Origin: Phoronis australis
Taxonomy: Eukaryota; Animalia; Phoronida
NCBI GenBank assembly: GCA_002633005.1
Contig: NMRA01000869.1
Span: 49,271-113,270, forward strand
Direction: 5' to 3'
DNA: 64,000 nt
Below are positions 12,938 through 25,806 of the stretch, piece by piece. The notes under the pieces were generated by a model. It was not told the origin of the DNA. It worked only from the letters and a program-made list of their open reading frames with translations, and ran no database searches. Numbering within the stretch: the first letter of the stretch is position 1; each line of letters opens with the position of its first letter. The position numbers were made by a program, and so were the translations under genes.

Positions 12938-14696
12938 CTAAAATCAAACAAACATGCAACAAGTGAACCGACTCTTACAAAGACAGTACTGAAAGTGAAC
13001 TAGTTCAAGAGAGCAGTGGTGTAGTGTATACACAGGGTTTTTTTAAATGCCCAGCCATGTCCCAAAATGACATTTGCCTGGAACCCAATTTCTGGAAGAA
13101 TGTTACAAACATATGAAATCACGGGCGGATCCCGGATTATAAGTTAGGGGGGCCAGGACACAGGAATAACCAGAATTTCAGCAGATGTGCGTGCCCAGCC
13201 TAAATTGAGGGGGTGCAGGGGTCTCGAATTTTGGGTTTGCGGACTTGTTGACCCAGGAAAAAAACGTAAAGGGGGTTTGTTCAGGGTCTATGCATTGCTT
13301 ATTTACCCCCCGAGCCCCCTTGGTTGCGCGTATGTGCTAGTCAGCCATTGGCATTCCAACTCCCAAGTGGTATCTGGTAGGATTTTAGGGGGCCATGGCC
13401 CCCTTGCCCTACCCCGAAATCCGCCACTGGACATGATTTCAATGCTAGGCCCAGTGTTCCATTTGTAAACAGTAAAAATGGTACTGGTTGGGGGATACGT
13501 ATACTATCCAGTCAATCAACTTCAAATCTTGACCAATTACAAATGTATGGGATGGTCTCAATTTTTGTGCTGCCTCAACGTGTTGGTATGTTGCAAGTTG
13601 TCTTGAAAGATAGCGAACCTGCCTCTGCAACATCGATTGTCACATGACATGTCTTCTAGGATGTTTTAACATCCTAAAAGTACTAGCCAAGTCCCGTGTG
13701 GCATTTCATTGCCCACAAATTTGATAAGGGATTCAAGTTATTCCCAGTCATATCAAAACAATTGCTTGCTTAATAAAATTAATTTCCTTTCTACTGTTGA
13801 CAGTTGAAAATTACAATTTTTAAAATGGCCACTTGTAACACTGAAAATGCATGAAATTCATAGACAAAAACATGCATAAATTTCTCAAACATTGTCCGAT
13901 TTTGACAATTCTTTTTTTAATTTGCACAACAAAATAACTCTTTGCATATGAGATTCAGTTGGCATTTGGTAAGTGACCAAAAAAATTCATTTTAGACCGT
14001 AACACAGTCAACTCTCAAATATGGACCTTAATTGTGATTTAGCTGTTATGTCTTCAAATCAATCGTCAGGAAAAATCGAGAATGTTAAGAGTCGGGGCAA
14101 CAGGCCTTTATGCAGCGTGCGTCCTGGGCGTCCATTGGACGCCCTAGCATTAATCTGGACGTTCTGGCTAGGATGCCCAATGTATCATTTGGCCGCCCAC
14201 TGTCAAAAGGAATATAGGATCCTTTCAAGTTTGGATTCACACATTGTAATGAATACTAGAAAGCCTCTGAAGGCTCAGTGGGGGCTCTTTTTTCAAAGCA
14301 GGAAGAAATATACAATGTATATACAAAGTATATACAATGTTGCTATGCTCACACTTGGTTGATAGCAATGTAAAATCTTCCTGGTCTACAGTTTTTTTAG
14401 TAAAAATGCTCACTACAGAAAGCTGTTGTGTAAGCTTAGTTGTAAAAACCTTGGTCTATGCATTTTTGTAAAAAAATCTGTGTGTTTGTGGGTATTGCTG
14501 GGGGTGGGGGGTTAAGCGTCGGAATCATGGACGCCCTGGAATATTGGGAACCCCATTTTGGACACCCTATTTTTTGAAATCCTGTATAAAGGCCTGCCGG
14601 GGGCAACCTCCAATCACACCAAGACAACACGTTATAAAAAGGTAGTGAGAGTACATCATGCTGTATAAAAGTACAGAGTACAACATCACAAATTAC

Positions 14697-14824
14697 CGTT
14701 CATCTTCAGGACAAAAGTCGTCATCAGAGCTGTCCGAGGGCCATTCCTCTCCGTCCCTCACTTGGAATGAAAACAGGATCTGCTTTTTGGCATCTTGACG
14801 CACTCCCAGAATCCCTCTCTTCAT
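14697..14824 (-). CDS. FBXL6: FBXL6-like first coding exon
   Basis: ATG at 14824; MKRGILGVRQDAKKQILFSFQVRDGEEWPSDSSDDDFCPEDE. The gtaat donor is phase 2 and joins the 12937 acceptor in frame. Probable acceptor at 14840-14842. Confidence 0.72.
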
Positions 14825-15342
14825 GACACACTCTTTTGTCTGTTATGACAACAAGCAGGTCAATTATCTACCAGGCTTATTACAGACCACGTGTGAACAC
14901 AGTCAAACTCAGAGTGAATTGGTGAATTCGTCAGGTGTCTGCTTCTGACATCTAGAAAGCTAATTGTGAATAGACACGCAGCCAAAATGTCAAGGTTGAA
15001 AGTTAACATGTTCATAACAGTAATAACATTGATACTTCTAAAGTTGTTGTAAGTCTATCCTCACGTACCCTCACTATGATAATGAAACTAATGCTTCTCA
15101 GTAGAACTAGAGGGCTAAAGCCCCCACAGTATTTAAAGCTTTGTGCCAAGGCTAGCTGGTCGGCTACCCCCTAAGGCCCTAAGCCATCGCAAATGCATTT
15201 CCAACAACGTGACTTTTAACAGGCCCTGATGATTAAATCAGGGTGGAACATAATATTCGTCGAAAAGCTTTCAGCGCACGGTGGTCACTGTCTAATCAAT
15301 CAGCAACTTGACGAGACTGGCGAGTCTCTAAGCAATGACCTT

Positions 15343-18247
15343 CGCCTCTGCTGGCCCTAACAGTCAACTGAGTGATAGGGCCAGCGATGCCGCGATTGTC
15401 ATTGCTCAGCGAGTCTCTCTGGCCACTGGACGACGGTGGGTCTAGACCAGTCGGCGATTAGAACAAATAGGTCACATTCCTAACACCGAATAAGGCTCCT
15501 GGGTGGCTAAACTTTCTAAAACGGCACACATTTAACGACCTTTAAAGATAAATTATTGACAATAAAACTCACGGCGTCGATGTCAACTGTCTCAACGTTG
15601 TCCGACAACTGCCAAGGATGAGTGCGAAATATGGGTCAACATTGTGACCCAATGACATATAAACAGCGGCGCCCTCAAGCGTTCGCTTTCTCGTTTATGT
15701 GTGGACCAATGTGCTAAATTGGTGTGGACAAAAGGTACATGAGTTAGACAAAAGGCTAACTTGTCTACAAGTACTTGACAATATCGTACGGGTATGTTGT
15801 TTTTTACGTCAAGATTGCTCAACAAAAACTCAAAAAATGGTGAATTATTACTGTGTTTACTTAAGAGTTGTATTAGCATTCAAGCGTCTAATTAACCCTT
15901 AACCCAGGACAAAATTCCTATTGGTCTACGGTACAGGGTAATCAATAACAAATTTATCTGTACTCGGGATGTGGTTTCCATTTATATAAGCAAAACTGTT
16001 CGCCATTTGAAAACCCGGTATCAACCTGCCTTCAGTCTTTTATATAAATCACGTGACGCAAACAATGGCAACTTTGAAGAGGTACAAATCAAATTCTCAG
16101 AATAATAATCACTAACCGGATTATAGATCCTGAGACAAATTTCCAAATAAGCACGACAGACTGGTCAATGAGGGCATAAATAATTAAATTTAGCACACGC
16201 ATAGTACGATAAGTGAAGGAGCGAAGATAGTGGATGCATACAGCAAGTCAATTCTGACCTTTAGGTAGTATGTAGCAATTCCGACTTAATTGTTTGACCG
16301 TGAACTTGAGTTTTTCAAAATTGATGCCCAAAACATTTATAAAATCTTGCACTCTGACAGGTTTCTGCGCAACCTATCTAAGACAGGTGCGGAGGTTTGT
16401 CACGGGCCTGAATTGAGTATAGTATCTCTTAATCTTTCCTTTTTGGACAGCAGAAGTGAGCGTTGTCGTTGGCAGGTTAAAGGCGATGGCAACCTTTTTC
16501 CATGTCAGTTTGAGTTAAAATAAGGTTGTTTGGTTATCCTAGACATATTTTCCACTTAATTACACCTTTTCGTAATTCTATTAATTACTCGTCCGCTACT
16601 GCGGAAGTGATGTTTTAGGAGGCAAGCATTTCGCGCCAATTTCTTTTCATATAGTCTGACAGTGAGAGCTGCGGAGTCAGTCATTGTTCTACCTCGGTTG
16701 TGTTAAGTTCCGTCGTCGTTTGCTTTCATTTACTAGTCAGTCAACATGCCACACTGTTGCTGGGTACCGGAATGTACTAATTAGTGGCTCGCNCGCCTCT
16801 GCTGGCCCTAACAGTCAACTGAGTGATAGGGCCAGCGATGCCGCGATTGTCATTGCTCAGCGAGTCTCTGGCCACTGGACGACGGTGGGTCTAGACCATT
16901 CGGCGATTAGAACAAATAGGTCACATTCCTAACACCGAATAAGGCTCCTGGGTGGCTAAACTTTCTAAAACGGCACACATTTAACGACCTTTAAAGATAA
17001 ATTATTGACAATAAAACTCACGGCGTCGATGTCAACTGTCTCAACGTTTTCCGACAACTGCCAAGGATGAGTGCGAAATATGGGTCAACATTGTGACCTA
17101 ATGACACATAAACAGCGGCGCCCTCAAGCGTTCGCTTTCTCGTTTATGTGTGGACCAATGAGCTAAATTGGTGTGGACAAAAGGTACATGAGTTAGACAA
17201 AAGGCTAACTTGTCTACAAGTACTTGACAATATCGTACGGGTATGTTGTTTTTTACGTCAAGATTGCTCAACAAAAACTCAAAAAATGGTGAATTAATAC
17301 TGTGTTTACTTAAGAGTTGTATTAGCATTCAAGCGTCTAATTAACCCTTAACCCAGGACAAAATTCCTATTGGTCTACGGTACAGGGTAATCAATAACAA
17401 ATTTATCTGTGCTCGGGATGTGGTTCCAGTTACATTGTATATAAGCGAAACTGTTCGCCATTTGAAAACCCGGTATCAACCTGCCTTCAGTCTTTTGCAT
17501 AAATCACGTGACGCAAACAATGGCAACTAAAGAGGTAAAAATCAAATTCTCAGAATAATAATCACTAACCGGATTATAGATCCTGAGACAAATTTCCAAA
17601 TAAACACGACAGACTGGTCAATGAGGGCATAAATAATTAAATTTAGCACACGCACAGTACGATAAGTGAAGGAGCGAAGATAGTGGATTTTTTACACACT
17701 GATGTATACAGCAAGTCGTCAATTCTGACCATTAGGTAGTATGTAGCAATTCCGACTTCTTTCAATTGACCGTGAACTTGAGTTTTTCAAAATTGATGCC
17801 CAAAACATTTATAAAATCTTGCACTCTGACAGGTTTCTGCGCAACCTATCTAAGACAAGTGCGGAGGTTTGTCACGGGCCTGAATTGAGTATAGTATCTC
17901 TTAATCTTTCCTTTTTGGACAGCAGAAGTGAGCTTTGTCGTTGGCAGGTTAAAGGCGAAGGCAACCTTTTTCCATGTCAGTTTGAGTTAAAATAAGGTTG
18001 GTTGGTTATCCTAGACATATTTTTCCACTTAATTACAGCTTTTCGTAATTCTATTAATTACTCGTCCGCTACTGCGGAAGTGATGTTTTAGGAGGCAAGC
18101 ATTTCGCGCCAAATTCTTTTCATATAGTCTGACAGTGAGAGCTGCGGAGTCAGTCATTGTTCTACCGTCGTCGTTTGCTTTCATTTACTAGTCATTCAAC
18201 ATGCCACACTGTTGCTGGGTACCGGAATGTACTAATTAGCGGCTCAC
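15343..18247. repeat. ~1.45-kb tandem duplication across the 'n' at 16793 (probable allelic assembly duplicate)
   Basis: 15343-16792 and 16794-~18247 are near identical, with scattered SNPs and small indels. Confidence 0.9.
15573..15640 (-). other. Candidate non-coding first exon of FBXL6 (5' limit uncertain; duplicated near 17023)
   Basis: gtgagt donor at 15567-15572 on the minus strand, in a CpG-containing promoter-like region. Confidence 0.35.
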
Positions 18248-19068
18248 GCGCGCTTTGGGAGTACCTTTGCATCGCTTTCCGATGGATGACACACTTCGCC
18301 GTACTTGGCTCGTTCGCGTGAAGAACGCAGCGTTACCCGTCCACGCAACGNNNNNNNNNNNNNNNNNNNNNNNNNNNNNNNNNNNNNNNNNNNNNNNNNN
18401 NNNNNNNNNNNNNNNNNNNNNNNNNNNNNNNNNNNNNNNNNNNNNNNNNNNNNNNNNNNNNNNNNNNNNNNNNNNNNNNNNNNNNNNNNNNNNNNNNNNN
18501 NNNNNNNNNNNNNNNNNNNNNNNNNNNNNNNNNNNNNNNNNNNNNNNNNNNNNNNNNNNNNNNNNNNNNNNNNNNNNNNNNNNNNNNNNNNNNNNNNNNN
18601 NNNNNNNNNNNNNNNNNNNNNNNNNNNNNNNNNNNNNNNNNNNNNNNNNNNNNNNNNNNNNNNNNNNNNNNNNNNNNNNNNNNNNNNNNNNNNNNNNNNN
18701 NNNNNNNNNNNNNNNNNNNNNNNNNNNNNNNNNNNNNNNNNNNNNNNNNNNNNNNNNNNNNNNNNNNNNNNNNNNNNNNNNNNNNNNNNNNNNNNNNNNN
18801 NNNNNNNNNNNNNNNNCCGATGGAAAGTGGTTGCGACAATTGTTGAAAAACAGCACAAAACAAAAGTAGAATAGAACAAATTCGCACGGTAAAGTCAACG
18901 CAAAACCAAGTGGCGGGAAACGCTGTCCTCCTAAAACGTCACTTCCGGAGTAGCGCACGAGTAATTAATAAAATTACGAAAAGCTGTAATTAAGTGGAAA
19001 ATATGTCTATGATAACCAACCAACCTTATTTTAGCTCAAAATGACATGGAAAAAGGTTGCCTTCGCCT
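17953..19068 (+). mobile_element. Kolobok-type DNA transposon (gap inside); allelic left end also at 16481
   Basis: TTAA|aggcgaaggcaacctttt ... aaaaggttgccttcgcct|TTAA, with ~145-bp imperfect TIRs. TTAA TSD plus RR..YY termini and a THAP start fit Kolobok. Confidence 0.78.
18201..18350 (+). pseudogene. THAP zinc-finger N-terminus with in-frame stop
   Basis: MPHCCWVPECTN*RLTRALGVPLHRFPMDDTLRRTWLVRV fits THAP CxxxxC...HRFPxD...RxxW. Truncated by the N gap. Confidence 0.8.
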
Positions 19069-19149
19069 TTAAGCGAATGCGATTACTCGGTGTCCAGATG
19101 TTAGACAATGATAGACGACACCCTCAGGCTTCTCAGGATCGCGCGTGCA

Positions 19150-19353
19150 TTCAGTAACGCTAGCCGAGGACCTACGCTACGACCTCACTAGCTAAAGTCT
19201 AGTTTTCTGGCGTGCGTTCCGCTATTACCTTCGCTAGGACTGACCTGGTTAATAGTTATAGTCACGTGTTCTCAGTTAAAATAAACGACACTGTCTCCCG
19301 TAATCTCGCGAAGTGATATTGCTGTTTAGCGAGGTCCTCTAGCGATACTGAAC
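19150..19353. mobile_element. Short MITE family (also 21874-22019, ~23176-23320, ~58351-58466)
   Basis: Termini ttcagtaacgctag...ctagcgatactgaa and shared core cacgtgttctcNtttaaatacacggcaa in four places. Confidence 0.6.
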
Positions 19354-21393
19354 GGGAGGAAGGCTATGCACATACGATTGAATCATGCTGAAACAATAAA
19401 AACATCCGTTGAGCTCTAACTAGCTGCTTTGATTCTGGCTTCTGGCCTCACAATGCGTTTTGACGTGTACTTGTGCAGTCTGTTTATCCACTGTGTCAGT
19501 TATTCATTGAATCAGTAATGTGAACTTGAGAATGGTTGATGGTGAATAAACCGAAACGTCAGATCAGTATGTTTCTATTTACTTACGCGCTAATTTTATA
19601 GTGAGCGGGAACCTTTGTGTATTGTGAAAGCCCTGGGGCTGTGCTCTTTTTTTCAACTATATCACAGAATAGATATCATGGCTTTTGTAATGTGTGTTAT
19701 ATTTGTCCACTGTTATCCTGTAACTCTTCTGAAGCCTAGGTCGACGCTTGCTCGCTTAACACACTGTGCAAGGAGTTTCCAAATGTGCTCCAAACTTTTG
19801 ACACCTGACAAATGCTACAAAGCGGTATATAATTCTAACTGTACGAGGAAATCCTTGATGTATGTTGACAGGCCAAAACCGCGATTATTGTCATTTCTAC
19901 TATAGTTGAGTAAATTGATGCCTCCTTGACTATGCAGACAGTTTCTTTACCCCGCAATCCTAGTTAGGATTGGTCATTATGTGCTACGAGTAATCTTACC
20001 GACATCCACAATTTGTCACCAACCAGGATAATTTTGTCGCTTTGTAGGCCTATATTGTCCAAATATTGTATTTCTTAATGACATCTAGTCCGTCCCGGTA
20101 ATTTCCCCCGGTTGTGTTGAATGGGATCTCAAGACAGGCATACCCTTGCCGATTTGGGGTCTGAATTTGAGGATTCGATCCAAACGGGCTGTTTTTACAC
20201 ATTTATAGTACGTAGTCACCAATGTGGCCGGAAAGTGAAGGTTACGGTTTCGTTTCCTCAGATATCGTCTATTTTGCGCTCGCGGATCCTCGGTAAACAA
20301 AATCATTGTTGGACCCGGTCACAACCAGTTTACAGGTGCTCGCCTTCCAACCTAGCATTCAGTTGCTGATGAAAAATAATGCGCTATTGCAGCACCTTTT
20401 GTTAAATCGTACCAACGTTCTGCGTAAGGTATTCCCAAAACTTCGAATTATTGCCGACGTTGGTTACCACTACCACAAGGTCAAGGAAGCAAACTCGGTT
20501 CTTGTATTTACCCCGATTCATTTCTAGACCTGCATTCACCGTACACAAAAGAAATCGTGGGACCTCCTCAGTTTCAGCAAAGGCCTTGTTTTTTTGTTTT
20601 GAAAAGTTGCATAAAGGCACACAGGCATGGTTTGAAACGCAATGATTTGTGAAGGGATGTGAAAATAAACAACCCGCATCATTTTGCTCGTCTTGGGTAT
20701 GTTTTCTTTTTTGAACCAAAATTTACCGCGGCACCGACTTGGTTTTCACAGAAGTAAACGGATCAGAACTAACTATGCTTTTTGCAATAACCGAGATTTC
20801 TTTTGTAAAACTGTACACGATAGGATCAACACTGAACGTGGCAAGAAATTTACATTAGCTCTCAGTTCGCTTCCCTGAGCCCGAGCACACGGAAACCACG
20901 TGTAAACATGGGTGGCGGGGCGGGCTCTCGCGCGCGAGTCAAAATATTCTGATCTTCATTTTCACGTCTACTTGAACCTATTTGCTGGCTAGTCCATGCG
21001 GGTTCCTTTGGAGACCTCAAGCTTTGAGATAGTCTTGTCGTGATCGGATTTTGTCAGTGAAGTGTGGCTGTATCGTTGGTATAAATACAATATGTGATTG
21101 AATTGCAATTGCTTGTCTTATTACTTATTTGTCACATCAGTGTTTCCTGAAACGAATTCTACGAAAACCATTGCCAAAGCTCTGGTCCCATTGAAAACTT
21201 AGTTCAGGAATGCTGCGAATGAGATAAATAATTATTTCTTATCCTCGCCAAACTCGTTCTCAGACTTGCGGCCTTGTTTTCACAGTTGAAATGAGCTGGA
21301 CTCCCCGTGGTGTAAACAAGAAAATTCGGCCATGATTACCCGTAGAATGCGGCACAAGCCATTGAGTTGGCGCTCAATTTATCCTGTTGTCTA

Positions 21394-23992
21394 GACTGAT
21401 CCCGTAAAACCTACATGTAGGTGCTAAATAAGGCTGCAACTTTGTATACATTCGGGATTGCTCACCGCATCGCGACGAAAATATTCCATTATTTAATCAG
21501 GTGTTTCGTATAATAGTTCTATTAACATTTTGCCATGACTGATTTGCAGACGAAACGAAAAACAGTGATGAATGCCTTAGTATCCGAAGACGTGTTATAG
21601 CCTCAAAACCATGGCACTTGGACCTGTTTATGGTCGTCGCATTCTTCCCCCTCAGTAAACATGCTGGTGCTGAGCTGGTACTGCTTTTGTAACATTTAAT
21701 TGCATTCAGAATTGTGACTTGGCCTCATATTCCAAATCTACGTTAGTTTGGTGTAACAAGTTCCCTTACAATCCGTGTAAGAACGAGCCTCGTAGACGTC
21801 ACATTTTGCGGCTCTTGTTTGGCCTACTTGGAAGTCACGCATTTCATCATAACTTATGACAACGAACGGGGTAGAGTTCAGTAACGCTGGAACCTACGCC
21901 AGGACCTCACTAAAATCTAGCCAAAATCACGTTTTCTCCTTTAAATACACGGCAATATCTCACGTAATCTCACAATCGAAGTCTTGCTGTTTAGCGAAGG
22001 TTCTAACGTAACTGAACTCAGGTCGGTGCGGATAATCTGCTGTGGTCACGAATGTCACAAGTATTCGTGCTGGGGCGTGATTGGAGTGGTTTGACGTTGC
22101 AAGCTTAGACAAATGTGAGAACACCTGTCGAGAAAAATTGCGTATGCCACTGCGGTAAAGATTTTACAACTGCTGAGTTCTCAAATATGTCTGATTGACG
22201 ATTTTCTCGTAACCGCCCTTGGTTGGAATAAAACTGCTGTTTAAACCTGCCTCACATTATGTAACACTATCGATCAATTTCGTCAATTTATGTGTAATTA
22301 TAACAAATTCTGACTGATTCAAGTGCCATATCCACGGTACCTGTTTGCAGATGTTTTTACGCAACATAATGACGAAGTGAACTGAAATTGGACCTACTGA
22401 TTAGACGTGACAGGCAACTTACAACACGCATACCGGGAGACCTATTTTAGCCGAAAATAATGACGGTTTAGTGAAGTCATGGGCCGGGATTCAGGCTTTT
22501 GATGCTCTGGAGTGTAATTGCAAAATTTGGCCAAAATCCAATTTAGGGCAATGCATGAAGACAAGCACGGAACTGGTAGCGACATCTTGTATTGGGACAT
22601 ATTTCTTTTCTGATACTGTGACGTCTTCCCGTCAGTAGTCCAAGTGTTCTCCGTATATGGAAAGCCAAAGCGGAGAAAANGACTGATCCCGTAAAACCTA
22701 CATGTAGAATTAGGTGCTAAATAAGGCTGCAACCTTGTGTATATTCGGGATTGCTCACCGCATCGCGACAAAAAAAATTCCATTATTTATTCAGTGGTTT
22801 CATATAATAGTTCTAGTCAACCAATATTAACATTTTGCCATGACTGATTTGCAGACGAAACGAAAAACAATGATGAATGCCTTAGTATCCGAAGACGCGG
22901 TATAGCCTCAAAACCATGGCACTCTAGTTCGACCTGTTTATGGTCGTCGCATTCTTCACCCGCAGTAAACATGCTGGTGCTGAGCTGGTACTGATTTTGT
23001 AACATTGAATTGCATTCAGGATTGTGACTTGGCCTCATATTCCAAATCTACGATAGTTTGGTGTAACAAGTTCCCTTTCAATCCGTGTAAGAACGAGCCT
23101 TGTAGACGTCACATTTTGCGGCTCTTGTTTGGCCTACTGGAAGTCACGCATTTCATCATAACAACGAACGGGGTAGAGTTCAGTAACGCTGGGACCTACG
23201 CCAGGACCTCACCAAAATCTAGCCAAAATCACTTTTTCTCCTTTAAATACACGACAATGTCTCACGTAATCTCACGAAGTCTTGCTTTTTAGCTTTTTAG
23301 GTTCTAACGTAACAGAACTCAGGTCGGTGCGGATAATCTGCTGCGGTCACGAATGTCACAAGTATTCGTGCTGGGGCGTGATGGGAGTGGTTTGACATTG
23401 CAAGCTTAGATAAATGTGAGAACACCTGTCGAGAAAAATTGCGTATGCCACTGCGGTAAAGATTTTACAACTGCTGAGTTCTCAGATTTGTCTGATTGAC
23501 GATTTTCTCGTAACCGCCCTTGGTTGGAATAAAACTGCTGTTGAAACCTGCCTCTCATTATGTAACACTATCGATCAATTTCGTCAATTTATGTGTAATT
23601 ATAACAAATTTGAATGTCTTCTGACTGATTCAAGTGCCATATCCACGGTACCTGTTTGCAAATGTTTTTACGCAACATAATGACGAAGTGAACTGAAATT
23701 GGACCTATACTGTATAGACGTGACAGGCAACTGACAACACGCATACCGGGAGACCTATTTTAGCCGAAAATAATGACGGTTTAATGAAGTCATGGGCCGG
23801 GATTCACGCTTTTGATGCTCTGCAGTGTAATTGCAAAATTTGGCAAAAATCCAATTTAGGGTAATGCATGAAGGCAATCACCGAACTGGTAGCGACATCT
23901 TGCATTGGGACATATCTCTTTTCTGATACTGTGACGTCTTCCCGTCAGTAGTCCAAGTGTTCTCCGTATATGGAAAGCCAAAGCGGAGAAAA
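21394..23992. repeat. ~1.3-kb tandem duplication across the 'n' at 22680 (probable allelic assembly duplicate)
   Basis: 21394-22679 and 22681-23992 are near identical, with small indels. Confidence 0.9.
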
Positions 23993-24700
23993 TCCAGGAC
24001 GCACTTGCTGTCTTTGCAAGATTTAAAAACAGGTCAGAAACATTATTTTTACTCTGCAGAACCAAAAATACCTCAAAACCAGAATTGTCATTTATGTCAG
24101 AATTAAAAACAGCTCACTAGAAAAGATTATTTTCACTCTGCAGGACCAGAATTTATCATGTCAGGACGTATCTTTATCACATCAAGACAAACAATTTATC
24201 TCCTCAAAACCAAATTTAACACACGGGGACCGAAACTTTATCACGCCCAAAATTTTCATGCCAGGAAACCACGTGACTATGCACAAAAATTTATCCTTCG
24301 AAGAGGTAACATCGGTTCTGTGTAGACAGAGGCCAAGAGTTCACGTGTGAATTTCTTTTGTCTCTTCCTCGTTTTACAAGAGAAGCCAATGTACATTTGG
24401 CCTTTCAGATATTACACGCAGACTGGAATACGACTGAGTGTTATAGAGACACAGGGGATTTTCATTACGGATTGTCATTGTCGGATAGTGGATGGTCACG
24501 TGGTCTCATGGCATGAACAATTTCTGTCTTGCGTTATAAATTTCCTGTCCTGACGCGTTAAATTTTGGTCCCGACTTGACAAATCATAGGTCCTGGCGTT
24601 ATAAATTTCAGTTTTGAGGCAGTTGTTTGGTCCTCCAGAGATTTTAACTCCGGATTAGAAAAATAAGTGTCGTGGCTGTTTTCCCTTTTGGTTTTCCATA
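23969..24700. mobile_element. Foldback MITE with ~21-bp subrepeats
   Basis: tatggaaagccaaa...tttggttttccata termini. Inner arms are imperfectly inverted (catgccaggaaaccacgtgac vs gtcacgtggtctcatggcatg). Confidence 0.6.
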
Positions 24701-24796
24701 GTTCACAATACAGCCCGTCCCGCTCCTTTCAGCTACACACGAGTGCGGGTCACAGTAGTCTCCAAAACCTGGCGGAGTACGTACCTAAGTCTGAGG

Positions 24797-24973
24797 ATGT
24801 CAAGAACTGTCACAGTTTGGTGGATTCGGCTAACATTTGTGCTGTTGGGTCTTGTTGTCGTCACCGTCAGCCTACCTCATGGGCGTTCCAAAAGCAATAG
24901 AGAAACGGATATTGAACTTTTTGAAAGATTGAACAAGGCCCTGGAGGGTTTGGGTCATATGAAGCCGCAGGAG
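24797..24973 (+). CDS. Candidate first coding exon of a secreted or membrane-anchored protein
   Basis: aggATG start. MSRTVTVWWIRLTFVLLGLVVVTVSLP is signal-peptide-like, followed by HGRSKSNRETDIELFERLNKALEGLGHMKPQE. Strong GAG|gtatgt donor, phase 0. No downstream exon identified. Confidence 0.55.
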
Positions 24974-25806
24974 GTATGTGCAGTAGCGCATTAATTCATT
25001 TCCAACTGAATCAGAATCAAAAATGTCTATTGTATGTAGGCTTTGGCCTCATGATACAGTTTAATTACAACTTTACAATGATAACATTTCAGCTCTTAAC
25101 AGTGTTGCTCTTGAAATATATAGCGCCAGTATTTTTTGTTTGAACCAAAATTATGTCTTTGAAATAACCAACTTCTCTGGCTTCATCTGTCATATTCGCC
25201 ATTCTGTGTACTGTGCATGTACATAACCAAAGACTACGCAAAGGCACGTCAAATGAACCTCGTTTTCAACTTGACTAGTATTGCATATTGCACACAGTCT
25301 CTCAACCTCGGTTAGACCTCCGTGCCAGCCAGAGCCTGTTAATGTAAACTTGTGCATTGAGCACCCAAAACGAGCTAGTATTTTTCTTCAGTAGGGTCTA
25401 TAAGTACAGTATGTATAAGTATTTTGTCACTGTAGTTCCGTTTTGATAGTGCAATATAATTGATATTTAGTCTAATTACTAATTACAAAGTGACAAGTTT
25501 GTACGCTACATTCCACTGAATGTGAACAATGCCCAAACTATACTAATAATTGAAGCTAAATCATAAAAAACCCAAGAATAACCATCGCATATTTTTCAAA
25601 ATGAATTTCCTTTACGCGGTGGTGTTACCGTGACGACACAGACACGCTAAATATAAAAGAGTACTACTACTGAATTGTGTCAGTTACTGGGCTACTGGCC
25701 GACAAAGACTCAAATCGGACAATGCGATCGAGGTCACCTCATTGGATGAGAATAATCGATCATTGATGAAATAACTGCGTTATTGGAAGTGCAAGATGAA
25801 GAACTG

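Noticed and set aside
15592-17328. Duplicated 95/76-aa ORFs as tandem paralogues
   Set aside because: No recognisable motifs or splice support; the duplication is probably allelic.
18351-18816. Long ORFs spanning this interval and 56924-57297
   Set aside because: They run through N gaps.
19069-19078. ttaagcgaat shared between the Kolobok flank and the Sola3 empty site at 57807
   Set aside because: Only 6 bp beyond TTAA and the sequences diverge immediately; probably chance.
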